A stretch of DNA of 64,000 nt from Adineta vaga (GCA_021613535.1 CP075492.1:5580001-5644000), one strand, 5' to 3'. Shown: positions 42,001 through 55,896, counted from the first letter of the stretch. A program made the numbers and translations. The notes: generated from the sequence alone by a model not told the origin.

Positions 42001-45000
42001 GAATAAGACTAGTGCATGATTTTGTCAAAAAAAAAGATGCTAGTTTATAATGGTAGATATTTCGACGAATCTCCTTTTTTTTCCTTCTTTTCTTTCTCTC
42101 TCGACCGCGTTTATTTTGTTCTCGTTCTTCTATTTCTATCGACGTATACATCCTCTACTATGAATGTTGTTTGGTGAAATGTAAAAAAGCGACAATTGAG
42201 AAAAATATAACTTACTTTGTAAGGAACGAAGTTGAGTGGGTAATGATGGTGTAGCTGTTGCTGCGGGTGTAAATGGATGAGTTAAAGGATTATGTAATGT
42301 ATCAGGTCGAGTTGGATTTAAATTATTGAGAATTTTAGCTGTTGAAATCATAGTTTGAATTTCTTGAATTAAATCCGGATTTATTAATGATGGTAATGCT
42401 AATTGTAGAACAGTTAAAAGAATATTAATGATTTCAATGTTGATTATCGGTTTGAAATTGGTTTCATCTTTGGATATTAATTGTGGAGCTTTTTTACGTA
42501 AATATTGTACGGTTGTTTGAATGAATAATTCCTAAATAAAATTCATGAGAAAATTTGCAGAAATTCATTCTAATTCTACTTGATGTTCACGTAGTTTATC
42601 TGATAGCCATTTATCTAATTTTAAATAACCACGTTTCGATGCTAAACAAGCGAGATCAAGAATGAAAGTAATCGGTTGTGCTGCAAGTAAAATGGGTAAA
42701 GCTTTTAAATCTTGTACGATTTCTAATACACGACCAAGTCGGGGTTGTTGTTCATTATCAGTTGAACGATTATACCAATCAGCTAATGATGTTAATAATG
42801 TTGTTCGTAATGCTGCTGTGTGATGCTATAAAAAAAACAAACAAAATATGTCTTTCAGATTTAGATTTAATTTACTTGAGAATTCCACATGTAATTCAGA
42901 AGTGGATTTGCATTAGGACTAGTGGCGAGAAATGTTGGAATAATCAATTGTAACAGTTCTTGTTTGAGTGTTGTCCAAATTGTCTAAATAAGTATTTTTG
43001 TACTAGTTTTCGAATAAACATCGAACGCTTATGAGATGTGTAGAACATTCTACATAAGTGTAATGAGATGGGAAGGAAAAACGAGTCTTACATGAAGTTG
43101 TAATAATCCAAGAAAGATTAGTTCACCGGAGCGTTGAATACCATGTTTAAAGATGTCCAATACAATGGGATATAATCCCGTATCGGCAATACGTAATAAA
43201 CATTCAATTAAATTTAATGAACGCCTAATTTATTACAATAGTAAAATCATAGTAGATTTTCATTATTGTTCTTACCATGTCCATGTTTCTTTCGAATCAT
43301 CAAGTGGATGTTTCAAACAATCAATTAGCACTGGATGAGCTGGATGATCACCGAAACAGAATACATCTGGATAACGAATCGCCTGTGCAAGCCATGATAA
43401 CTAAAACATAAACATAAAAGTTTGAATTTGAATATCGAAATCTTCATTCTACACACTTGTCCTTCGGCATTATTCCATCGTCCATAGAGTAAATCAATGT
43501 ATTGCTCTGTTGGTAGAGCACGTCGAAGTGCTGTTACCAATAATATCAATGCTTGACGATCACGTACTAAAAATCCAGGATGATCCAATTCTTTGACAAC
43601 ATCTTTCCAATTGACTGTTGGAACCTGTAAAAGATTATTTATTGAAATAGTAACCAAAACAAACAATTCATTCTATTTGCCATACCAAATCATTAATTGC
43701 AATCACAAATGTATCCACATTCCATGATTGGGATAAATTTTTATCACTATTTGTATTCATTTCGAGACCATTAGCATCCTTTATGAATATAAATATATAT
43801 TATAGTTATAAACAAGAAAAAATCGAAAATTTTCTACTCAATAACTTACATAGATACGTGTATTTTCAGTAAGACCTGAATGAGTTTTTATCATGGCGGA
43901 AAGCATTCGAGCAACTGTCAATGGTTTCAATTCTTGTAAACCGAAATGAACTAATGCATTTCGACAATCTTCAACTGATGCAGTGAAATCATAACCCATT
44001 TCGAGAATCACATCCGACAATGAACCATCCATTTGCCACTGAAAATAAAAATGTAATACTTTTCATATGTTCAACTGACATTTCTTTTTTTTTGTACATA
44101 CCACGGATGTCGAGAGATTACTCGAATCTGAAAATAATTGATTAGATGTAAGATCCTTTGAAGTTGTATTCGATGGATAAAGTATTGGAAGAAGAAATAA
44201 TGAACCATTCGTACCAATACGTTCGATTGGATATTCTTAAATAAATAATCGCATAGAAAACAAATCATTTCGATAGAATTATCATCAAACCTTTTCTTAA
44301 CAAATTCAAAAGTTGTTCATATTGTTCAGCTTGTATTATAGATGAATCGTTCGATGCATAGTTTTGAAGTTGTGTTATAAATGAATGAAGAACATTAAGA
44401 GATGAATCTCCCAGACGTGTTTCTCCTACGAAGATAAAATACTAAGAGAAAACAAAATCCTTTTAAGAAGCAACATACCATTAGATTCAATTGTTGTTTG
44501 AAGAAATTCCGGTAACCGTTTTTGAAGATGATTATGTGCTAATGTTTGTAATTCAATATGCGTGGAATTTTGTAAGGCAAAGATGAAGAGAAGTTCTTGA
44601 ATAGGATTTAATTTGAAATATTTACTTAATGATGTCAAATATTCAATCGATGATGATAATTCTACTGACTAGAAAAATATCGAATAAATGTTTATTCTAT
44701 TCCTTAATTCGAAAGTATATATCTAACTTTTTGTGTTAATGCTGAATCGAATGCATAACAGATCAATGTAATAAAATTTGGTTTAGATATTAAAGTTGAA
44801 ATTTCTTGTAGCCAATAATTCAAATGGAGCTGTTCGGAATGTTTCGGATTTTCGTCAAATGATTGTAAATCTAAATAACTGATTAAAGTTCGATAGAAAT
44901 GTCGTTCAGCTTCGAATCCATATTCAGCAATGAGCTAGAATAGTACAATAGAAATATTGATGAATTTTGAGCGAATTATATAATTATAGCTTACATTGGA

Positions 45001-45096
45001 TACTTCCGATTGTGAAGTTTTAAAATTGTTTTTTGATAAATTTTTCACAGTAAACGATATTTGAGTCAGTGCCGCAGACACTGCATCCAGATTCAT
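36044..45096 (-). CDS. CNOT1: CCR4-NOT scaffold subunit 1, more than 20 exons
   Basis: [15 protein letters not shown]..., [59 protein letters not shown] and RPHPWGLL. Confidence 0.97.
41868..41902 (-). other. Candidate alternative first coding exon of CNOT1 (ATG 41877)
   Basis: tttcag acceptor, 25-nt leader, ATG GAT CAA A and strong donor GTAAGA. It splices in frame to the exon at 41782 ([15 protein letters not shown]). Confidence 0.45.
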
Positions 45097-46439
45097 TGTT
45101 TTTTTGAAAAACGATCAAATCGGATAAAGACAATGTTTTTCGATTGAGAAAAATGATCTATATTTTCGACAAGACTTTTTTTTTATCAATGAATTGAGAA
45201 AAGGTATCTGTAACAGAAGAAAAAAAACGCGATATATCTATATAATATCAAATGGGAAATAGTCATATTCATGCACGTGATAGAAAAGATCAAAAACAAA
45301 TAAATGAAAAAAAATAAGTAGGAAAAAAGTCGACTATTCGCTCTATGCTTTAATCATTCTGTGATAAACTTGCGCAATTGGTTAGAAACATTTTCGAGTA
45401 ATTATTTGAGAATAGATTATTTAATTGATGAATAAAGTTAAATTCTAATGTATTTTATTACTAACAAAGTAGTTTTTGTTCGAAAGATATTAAAATTATG
45501 TTGAAACATGTACAATGCTATTTTATAAACGAAAGATGTCACTGCATATCACACCTCATTAGTGTTCTCTGATAATTCAGTAAGTGTGTATATAGAGTGT
45601 GGTTGTACGATCAATTGAATATGCCCACACTCTCAGTAATTATTGTTTTGAAAACGATACATTTTTTTTCAGAAGAAATCAAAGAATCGGTGTGTTCCTC
45701 TTCGTGATCAATAATATCAAATGAAATTATGTGAATTAATGATATTTTATAATCTAACGTAAAATCGTATTAGCATGTTTTCATTGGTATTTGATGTATT
45801 GGATTAATGTCATTTATTTTAAAAGAAGAAGACGAAGAAGAAAAGTAACTTTGTCATTTTTCATGTTAATGGACTTTATATAAAGACGTCATTTTTTATT
45901 ATCAGACTTCCTTCTGTAGAGAAAAGAATATTATATTACATAGCATGTCTCATAGATGCCTAGAGGACTTGAACAAAATTAGTTTCGAAAAGTATGAATA
46001 AATCGTTTAAATCAGAAAAGACATCATGCATTGAACTTCGTGAAAGAATATTTTCAAATTATTGATATGCATATGTAATAAACTAGTAAATATAAACTAA
46101 CTCAAACGTATGGATATGTGTTTCATTATTCTTCTTTTAATTATTTTAACACTGTGAATCTAGCATTAGAAATGCTTTATCACAGCATGAATTGTTTCTA
46201 GTTTTATGACTTTTATTATTAATAGTAAATGCATTATACTTCATTGAGTTTTCTTTTATATTCTAAAACAATGTTCCTTCGGGGTTTGATAAAGAGAAAA
46301 AGAAAGTATCATATAGTTCTGTTTTCATCACCGGTGTTACTATTTTGTCGACAGCAAAGAAAGAAAAACGCTTCTAACTTATTACTTTAAAGTAGGAGAC
46401 GAGACAAAAAAGGTGTTTCAAACAGATACCCAGTAATTC

Positions 46440-47831
46440 ATGTCGATCCTTTTAAATAATAATAACAACAACATATGTGGATACGTTGCCGAGAAGTGGC
46501 AAAGTGTGCAAGATGCTTTTGAACAAAATTTTAACGATGGACTAGATATTGGAGCAAGTTTAAGTATCTACTATCGTGGTAAATGTGTTGTCGATTTGTA
46601 TGGTGGTTGGAAAGATTTTGAAAAGAAGAACAAACCGTATACATCAGATACATTACAATTAGTTTTTTCGACATCAAAAGGAATATTAAGTGCAGCAATA
46701 GCTTTGTGTGTAGAAAAGGGTTGGTTAGATTATGATGCAACAATAACAAAATATTGGCCAGAATTTGGTCAAAATGGAAAAGAAGTGAGATTAATTTGTT
46801 TAACGAGTTAAATTTGAGTCTTGTTTTACATTTGTTTTTATGAAGGAGATTATTATTGGAGATTTATTATCACATCGAGCAGGTTTACCATATATTGATC
46901 AGCCGCTAACCACGGAGGATGCATGTGACTGGTCGAAAATGATTTCCTTGTTATTAAATGAAAAACCTCATTGGACACCTGGAACGACTCATGGGTATCA
47001 TGGTCATACGATTGGATATATTGCAGGTGAATTAATACATCGTCTTGATCCTCAACATCGTTCTTATGGTCAATTTGTTCGTGAAGAATTAGATTCTGAA
47101 TATTATGTTGGTATACATGATGATGAAACTGATCAACGCGTTGCAGCTCTTTTTGAAAAAACGGTTCGAAAAGGAAACATAATCTTTCTGCTGAGAAAAC
47201 GTTTTTTTGTTCTCTATATTCAATTTAGATTGAAAAGGAAAAATCTGATTCAAAAGCTGTGAAAACTTTGACATGTAGTGGTGCACTTCCTTTAAATCAA
47301 TCAAAAATGATCTATAATGAACAACGCATTCATCGTACGCAGTTACCGGCTGTCAATGGAATTACAAATGCTCGATCATTAGCACGAATCTATAGTTTAC
47401 TTATTGGTGATGTCAATGAAAACGGAAAGATATCGAAACGACTTCTCAATGAAAAGACTTTATCACAAGCGATAGAAAATCTTACACCCGATAATGAACT
47501 CGATCAAACTTTATACAATATGCCAACAAGTTTTAGTAAAGGAGGTTTTCAATTATATGGTGAAAGTTTTCAAATACTCGGTGATGGTGTGTTTGGTCAT
47601 ACTGGTAAATATACATATAGATTAACATATCCATATTCATTCATTTGTTCTTATTTTTTAACGTAAGGTTATGGTGGTAGTTGTGCTTTTGCTTATCCTT
47701 CATGCCAATTAACTTATGCTTATGTATGTAATCAACTTGATCCTCTTTCATTGACAGTTGATTATCGAACAACACGTATTCTTCATGTCATTGAAGAAAT
47801 ACTTCAATGTCAAGAATTATCAGTTAGTTGA
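46440..47831 (+). CDS. Beta-lactamase-family serine hydrolase (EstA / family VIII esterase-like), 3 introns
   Basis: VVDLYGG, FSTSKG (SxxK), LLSHRAGL, PGTTHGYH and FGHTGYGGS motifs. Confidence 0.93.
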
Positions 47832-48437
47832 TAAAATCCATTGTTTTAACTCTATGATTCCAATAAAACAATCTGCTATTGTTTAATAACTAATCTATAA
47901 TATATAGCATCTTGAGAATGAACATTGTCTACAAGAAGAAGAAAAAAAGAGGAAGGAATTATTTCTATCAAATCTAACAGAAAGAAAGAACGATGTCGAC
48001 AGAAAAAAGCATTAAAGAACACAAGAAAGAAAGAAAAAGATTACTTTATGATATGCCGTCCTAAAAGGCATCTTATCATTGAAGATTTGAATTCCTTATA
48101 TATATACGTAAATGGTTATGACATTCACATTGTATACGAATGAAGTTTGGCTCTCATTTAATTGTTATTATATAGAGTTTGTTTTCGTATTTGATATGAT
48201 GTCTATCGTGTGAGAAAAAAAAAGCCAATACAATTTGTTGTTATTCTAATCGTTTTAGATGTATGGTGCTTAGTTTAAACAATCCAAGGACATTATAAGT
48301 ATACTTAAATCGATTCTTTTTAACATATTACTTCTGCGATTGATTCCTTTTTAATACATCTATTTATTCAATTTCTCTTCGTCAATATCAACGATTACAC
48401 ACTATTACATTGATCTGTTCTTTTCTTTTTGATTGAA

Positions 48438-50192
48438 ATGTTGTTTTATTCGCCTCGTTCTGGGTATCGAAGATTAATTTTTATGACTTGCTTGCTATTC
48501 GTTCTTCTACTCGTTTATAAACATCGACATTTCACTCAAAAACCACCGGATTTTACAAGTGAAATTCCTCACATATTAGTTTCATCATCGAATATTCGTT
48601 CACACGATTTTCGTCTTTATCCTCAATCTCGTTCTTCGATTGAATATGATGCTCTGCAAATCGATAATATCGCTGAAATTATGTTTTATGTTCCCAAAAA
48701 TCAACAACACATTGATAAAATTGATTATTCTCAAGCATTACCATATTCAGAATCTATGTTTCGTTCAGCATCCATTCCAATTATTTGGCTCGATCAACAA
48801 GGTGATGTTCGTTGGAATCATGCAGCTCAATATGAAACATTAAATTACCTATTAGAAAAACAATTTCCCAGTGAAAATATATCGACATGTCTTTCGCGAC
48901 AATTATTTATTTTAGAACAATGGCCAATGGGTTTTTTCAGTCGTCATCATTGTTTTATTGAACATTTCGGACAAACTTTATATTCACCATCGATGGTTCT
49001 ACTTTCACCGCGAAGCTTCATGGTATCACATGCTTCATCAGAAGATTTTACAAGTGAAGGCATACTTCGCTATTATCAATCGATGTCACTTTGTTCATCC
49101 TATATCAATCATCCACAATTGAAAGTTTTACATGATCAAATCAAATCAATTGGACCTGGATCATCGGATACAAAAGTAATCAATCATGTTCATGAATTAC
49201 TTGAACTTGATGAAACTAAAGTTAAATATAAATATAGTAGAGAAATATGGAAATTTGGTTATGATCATGTACCACATCGACGATGGTTATTCGATCGAAA
49301 TCGAAATGAAATGAAAAAACTCATCAATTATCATTCATCGATACCATTATTGATTAATCATTCGAATGAACATATTTATCATACGAATAGTTCTTTATTT
49401 GATCTTACTAAATGGAATCCACGAAATGAACCACAAGGTCCACCTAGAGATGTTCTTGCTGGTCAGTAGATACTTTTCATATTAAATAGACTGATGTTTA
49501 TCTATTTATTTATAGGAACAACAACAAATTTAACAATATCAGATCGAATATTTACTTCATATCTTCGTTATATGTTTCTGTTATTTTTCTCTCAATTAGC
49601 TCCACGAATTCAAACATCTGCAAAGCTATTGGCACATCATTGGTCAGAATATCTATCGGATAAATATAAATTACCATATAAGAAAGCTTTATCAAATATG
49701 GCTGTGATCTTTGTTCGTCGTGGTGACAAAATGCCTGAAGATTCTTTTTGGCAAAAACATAAACGATGGCGAAATATTTCAATGTATGTAAAAGGTATCG
49801 TTGATGAAGAAAAACGTCGACAAATGAAATATAATACGATATTTGTTATGACTGATGATGTCAGTACAATGGAATCCATTCAAGATTATTCTAAAACTGG
49901 TTTAACTAGTTCGAATAAAGATGAATCCTATGCTCGTCAACATTTACATGAACGAGAAATTCTCTATAATGTTTTTGCTCCTCAATCGTGTTTAGATCCA
50001 TTTGTTCGGATTGGTTTTGATCAATTTCTTGTTAATGTTCAATTCGTTACGGATTATGCATCACTTGTTGTTGGGCATACAGATTCCAATGTTGGAAGAT
50101 ATTTAGAAGAAATTATCTATGTTAATCGACAACATAATAAGAATGTACAAACATTGACTTATGTTATAAATGCACCTGATACACTCGAGTAA
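48438..50192 (+). CDS. Type II membrane fucosyltransferase of the GT23/FUT8-NodZ-like type, 1 intron (~49462-49515)
   Basis: N-terminal TM, with VIFVRRGDK, IFVMTDD and VGHTDSNVGR matching the three conserved alpha-2/alpha-6/O-fucosyltransferase motifs. Confidence 0.72.
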
Positions 50193-50283
50193 AATGTGTT
50201 TGTTTTTTGTCTCAGTGAAGTATTTATTTAAGAAAATGAAAAATATTTTTTTTTTATATAAAAAAGAAAGAAATGTTTCGTTC

Positions 50284-51209
50284 TTAAACCGATTGATACG
50301 TAGTAGTTTTGTTTGTCACACGACTATATAAATAAACGACTCCATCTTTTGCATAACCCGGTAACGCGACCCAGAATGTTCGATGAGGAATAAGTTCCAC
50401 TCCGGATCGTTCCAAACGAAAACGAGCATATAAAGCAAAACCAACGAAATACACAAACGCAAGTACAAGTAAGATAATAATAAAAGCGCCGCCACCACCA
50501 AGTCCACCGCCACCACCACCTCCTGGAGATTTCGTTGTTGTCGGTTGTGGCGTATCTATATGAAAAATGATATTAAGAAACGTCTTTCGTTCCCACATGT
50601 TACTCACTTTTGCATCCATCCCAACAGGCACATTTATGTGTCAAACGAAATTTGTAGAAATTCGTTGGTGATTCACCTAAGGCTTCAAATTGTTCGCTTC
50701 CATCTGTTGAACATTGTAATTGAACATTGGTTTGCTTTTGACCATCAATATAAGTTACCGATGGAATACTACCTAGCCCTGCACCTGGATTCCATTGTGC
50801 ACTATTTTGTAGTCCAATACTAAAACTATATTTTCCATCGGCAGAAACTAAATCACATAATAAAGGTATATGAATACATAGAACCGAGTCAAATTACTTA
50901 CCTTGACATGCAGCTACATTCTCACAGGATGGTAATTCAGTAAATGGCTTGCATGGGTTGTAACTGTATTCTATAAAATAAAGAATGTAATAGTAAATAT
51001 TCTTCAATAAAGTAGACACTATTACTATAATCTCTTGATGTTGGTGGTATTTGGTCAGGATATGCTGCTTTCCCATCGGTTCGACCAACAGTTGTCAAGT
51101 CGATTGTTCCCTTTGTATGATCAAAACGACAAGGGTCATCCGCATGGATGAATGATGATAAAATAACCAAATTAGTAATGAGACAAGTTAACCAAAATAC
51201 TCTCGTCAT
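50284..51209 (-). CDS. Cation-dependent mannose-6-phosphate receptor / ATG27-like protein
   Basis: Signal peptide, MRH-like domain (IDLT, YSYNPCKPF, VAACQ), TM, GVELIPHRTFW..LP.YAKDG and C-terminal YQSV sorting motif. Confidence 0.88.
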
Positions 51210-51902
51210 TCTGAAACGTCGTCTTTAGATCAAATGACAATAGCAAAAAAACAAGATGCATCACCATCAGTTATCTTCTTCTTCAGTTATATTATTTACT
51301 TAAATACTTGAAAATGTGTTTTAATATAAACACGTCATCTTGTTATTCTTTTCTCGTTGTAATGTAATACAAATGATAACGTTTTTATTTTTCGTTCTTT
51401 TTTCTTGGTATTAATTTATCTTCTGTTAGTTCAACAACTGGATTACCTACTTTTCAACATATTCAGAAGGATAATTATTGTCTATTCGTAAGATTAGCAT
51501 CTTCAACGAGTTGATTTCAGCTTATCTCTTTATCGGCTCCGAATTTCTCTTTCTGTGTTGTTATAGCATCTCTAAATGAAACATTTTTTCGACGTTCTTG
51601 AAACGCATACTTTTATCAACTGAAGTATAGCCAACGATGACAATACAAGATTTATTTACAATACATTTTAACATTGAGAATATACATCCAATAATTATAA
51701 TGTTACTGCAATTAGTAAATGTGCAAGTTGGAATCAATGTTAAATAATATGTGTTCTTTTTATTTCATCAATAACAAACAAAAGATAAATGGTACTAGAA
51801 AATCATGAAAGAAATAAACACCGGACACGAGAAAAGAAAACAAAGATCGATTAATTGCACAAGAGAAAGAAACGAACTAATATCAGAACAAGAGAGAGAG
51901 AT

Positions 51903-52224
51903 TTAGGCTACTATTGGTTGACTTTTATTTGCTTCTTCACATGCATCAATCCATGCATTGTATACATCGATTGCTTCACTTAAATCTAAAATAGAATGAG
52001 AAATTTTAGATATTCATGATTAGCTGATACGTACAATTAACATCTGTTTCATATGTTTCCGAACAAATTTGACAGAAAATCTGTCCACGTTGTTTTTTTC
52101 GATCGAATTTGACATCACATGAACTTTCATGATTACAAAATGGACATTCAAAAAGTGTTTGTAATGTTCGTAATCGATGACTGGTCGTTTTTTGTGGTTT
52201 TCGTTTACTTTTCTTTCGACCCAT
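51903..52224 (-). CDS. ELOF1: Transcription elongation factor 1 homolog, copy B (1 intron)
   Basis: [10 protein letters not shown]...[15 protein letters not shown]...CQIC...[19 protein letters not shown]. Confidence 0.95.
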
Positions 52225-52363
52225 TTGAAAATTTTGTTTCAATCTAAAGAAAATAAGAAGAAATTACAACAGTCATCACATGTGCATTCAATATTGATAG
52301 ATAGAGTATTTAATTAACATAGAAAATATTCGCAATTTCGAATAACAGAAAACAGAAAACGAA

Positions 52364-52720
52364 TTATTCACAATTTTGTTCTTCACATGCATCAATCCAC
52401 GAATTGTAAACATCAAGAGGTTCAGTCAAATCTAAATAGATAATTGAATTCTAAATTGATCATAAAGATAGAGAATCATTTACAATGTGTTGCTGTAGAA
52501 TAGACTTCTTGACACATACGGCATTCAATTGTTCCAACATTTGCTTTTCGATCACTAAAACTTGAAATAGAAACGATACAGAAAAACAAAAGTTGAGTTC
52601 TTACATTTTAACTTCACATGATCGATCATGTGAACAGAATGGACAAGCAAATGCTTGTGTTAGAGCTTCGACTCGTTTTTGTTTAGGTGGTGGTTTACGA
52701 TTTGATTTACGTTTACCCAT
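52364..52720 (-). CDS. ELOF1: Transcription elongation factor 1 homolog, copy A (2 introns); absent from the ORF track
   Basis: [13 protein letters not shown]...[15 protein letters not shown]...CRMCQE...[21 protein letters not shown]. Confidence 0.95.
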
Positions 52721-53224
52721 GTCTTCAAGATTCGATTGTATAATAAAGAATGAAAACAACTAATGCCGACAATGGACGATATATGAATTGTACTTGTGAT
52801 CGCCAAGATACATATTTGAAAGAGATAGAGAGAGAGAGAAAAGGATAATACTTTGACTATTCGTTCTTGGTAATGATTTTAAAATATGAAAGATGACGCT
52901 ATAATGCTGTTTAACCTAATTAATTTTCGAATGTGACAATAGATAGAAGTCCATGCGCTTTTTTTTCTTCATACGTCGTTGGCGGTAACATTCATTATAT
53001 AGAATATTTTTTCTATAGTTAGTTTTTATGATGATAAATGTTTTTAGAAAGTCTACACAATATTCAAATACCCACATATTCATTTTTCTCATGTTATATG
53101 GACAAGCAATACGACATCTTTCGCTTTATTAATAATTGCTCGCAATAGAATAGCCAATCATTTTGAACTATAAACATTTCTCTTCGATATTAGAAATAGA
53201 AATCATTTTGAATAAAAATTGAAG

Positions 53225-54183
53225 ATGGTTCTCGTACGCAAACGTCATGGTGGTCGTCGTCATAAGAAACTCAAAGCTATTGATCCATTCTATTCTGGTC
53301 CACGAAAACTTCTTGTTGACAAGTTCGTTTGTTTTAAACATTCTTTGGGCAATTCAATACATTGATTTTCTTGTTTCTCTAGGAAATTAGTTGGTGCTAA
53401 TCAAGCACCACGAAAAGGTGAAAAAGTTGATCATAAAGTTTCTCATCGCTTTCAGCAATTTCTTGAAAATAAGCAACATTCTGAAGATCTTCGAAAAAGT
53501 TCGAAGAAAAAGAATAAAAACAAATTTAAACAAGATACTTCCGAAAAAGAAATTGAATATCCAGAACTTGAACAAAAAACTAATGAATCCGATCGAAATT
53601 ACATTCAACGATTAGATGAAGTATGAGATTATGATAAAGATAGAGAATATCTATTCCATTTCGATTTTCTAGGAAGCTAAATTTGCATTGAATCGTGCAC
53701 GATATGAATCAAAATATGATGTTAAATTAGTTAATACAGATAAAAATGATCATCATCAATTTGAAGTGAAAAAAGAGAAAAGTCAACGAGCTGAAAAAAG
53801 ATTGAAGTAAGAGAAGAATTTGATTTCAACCAAAACAGAGTTTAAAATATGAATTTTCTATTTTAGACGATTACAAACAAAGAAGGACGATCAGAAATTG
53901 AAAAAAGAAGAGAAAAAGATGAAAAATGATGAATTTCATTTATATCAAGGTAATATTGATCTTCTTATATTCAAAATCTCTTTTGATTTCAATTAGATAA
54001 ACCACAATTTGGTGAAATCGTTCACGAACCTCCGACTTTAACTTTACCAAAACGTTCAAGAGTTGATCCAGCTAAAGTAGAACTTTTCTTTTCATCGATC
54101 TATTTCAATCATTTTTCTTTCAATTTATTTAGGCTGGCGTGAAAGATTTGTTATTAAAAAACAAATTACAAAATCTTAAATAA
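53225..54183 (+). CDS. CCDC137: Coiled-coil domain-containing protein 137-like
   Basis: Lys-rich, with KKLKAIDPFY at the N-terminus and DKPQFGEIVHEPPTL near the C-terminus; short GT-AG introns. Confidence 0.75.
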
Positions 54184-54222
54184 TTTTATGGAATTCCAAG
54201 TAACAAAGTTAATCGATGGTTG

Positions 54223-55896
54223 TTATGTATGAACTGTTTCATTTTTAACTGTTACATGAACAGTTGGTTTATTTCCAATTATTCGATCAATATCCGTCAT
54301 TATCGATGGAGTTAATTTTGAAACAACCTGTATATGAAAAAGAAAAATTACAAAATAAATCAACGTTTTGTTTTTGTTTTCATTCACCTGTAAAGAATTT
54401 AGATTCTCATATAATTGTTCAACAGATGATGACCCGAGTAAAACACAATTAACATGTTCATTTTTTAAACACCATGCTAAACAGATAGTTTGATATCGAA
54501 TAGAAATTTGTCGGATGAATTCAAATTACCAATAGCTAATTGTGCTATTGTACAATCAAGTGTAGATGCTAACATTGTTAATTCTCGTAATTTAAGTTGT
54601 TGTTTTCGTCCTTCTTCACTCAAAACTTTTTCTTTTAACCATCCATAACCCTATAAGAACATCATTAGGATTGATTTACAAATTAGTTGAATATACTCGA
54701 AGCGATGCTCTTGAATGTAGTGGTACTCCATCTTCATATTTGCCTGTTAATAAACCACAAGCTAATGGTGACCAAGTCATCGTTCCAATTCCTAAACAAC
54801 TTCCATTTATAATTGATGTTCATTTTAATTCACAAACCTATTTTATGAAAAACATCGGGTAGAAGAATTTCAACTTTTTCACGTTGAAACATATGATATT
54901 CAGCTTGTTCACATATCGGAGGAATTAAATTAAATTGTCGTGCAACGGAATAAGCTTCCTTGAATTGGAACAAAAAAGCAACAATCGATTTCAGAACAAA
55001 AACTTTTTTCATTTACCATTATTTCAATTGGTGACCATCGTGACGTGCCCCAATAAAAACAAAGATTATCATTAATGACTTGTGTGAATGCTCGAACAAT
55101 TTCTTTGAAGAGAAAATTGTTTGTTTATATTTAATCAAACAAATAAATCTTCTTCTATCTACCTTCCATGGGTACGGAACTATCAGGTTTATTTGCAAAG
55201 ACAATATCAACATATTCAAGTTGTAAGCGATCAAGACTCAATCTTAAACCTTCAATAATATGTTTACGTGAAAGACCTTTTTCTGTTTCCGCTCTACGAG
55301 AAGAAGAAAAACACAATATTTTGTCTACAAATTCAAATAATTACTTTCCGCCCCAGTATAATTTAGTTGATATAATATAAGTTGTTCTTTTCCATTTTTT
55401 CTTTTTTAAAATTTTTCCAAGTGTGATTTCCGCTCTATGAATAATGAATAGATTTTTTTTTCTTTGAATATCAAAGATACTTACTTTCCAGCGGCATAGA
55501 CTTCGGCTGTATCAAACAGATTAATTCCATTTTCATAAGCAATTGTTATTAATTCTTCAGCAACATCATCGGATATTTGTCCACCAAATGTCACCCATGT
55601 ACCGAGACCAAATTGAGATACTCGTAAGCCATTACGACCAAGATTTCTAGACGAGATAAAAATATCTTTCGTTTCAATCGATGACATTCAAAGACAATAA
55701 ATAACCTATATTTCATTATATAAGAAGAACTCGAAAAAGATGGTTGCTGACAGGTATCGGAAGGAATTATTGAACCACATAACTGACGTATTGAATGAGA
55801 AATATGTAGATTCGGAAGTATTAATGAAGTTTTTCCACTGAAATCTAAAATTATTTCACGTCGATCGTGTTGATGTGATAACGATGGTGAAATCAT
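54223..55896 (-). CDS. KCNAB: Voltage-gated K+ channel beta subunit (aldo-keto reductase; Hyperkinetic/KCNAB)
   Basis: [66 protein letters not shown] and WSPLACG. Confidence 0.95.
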
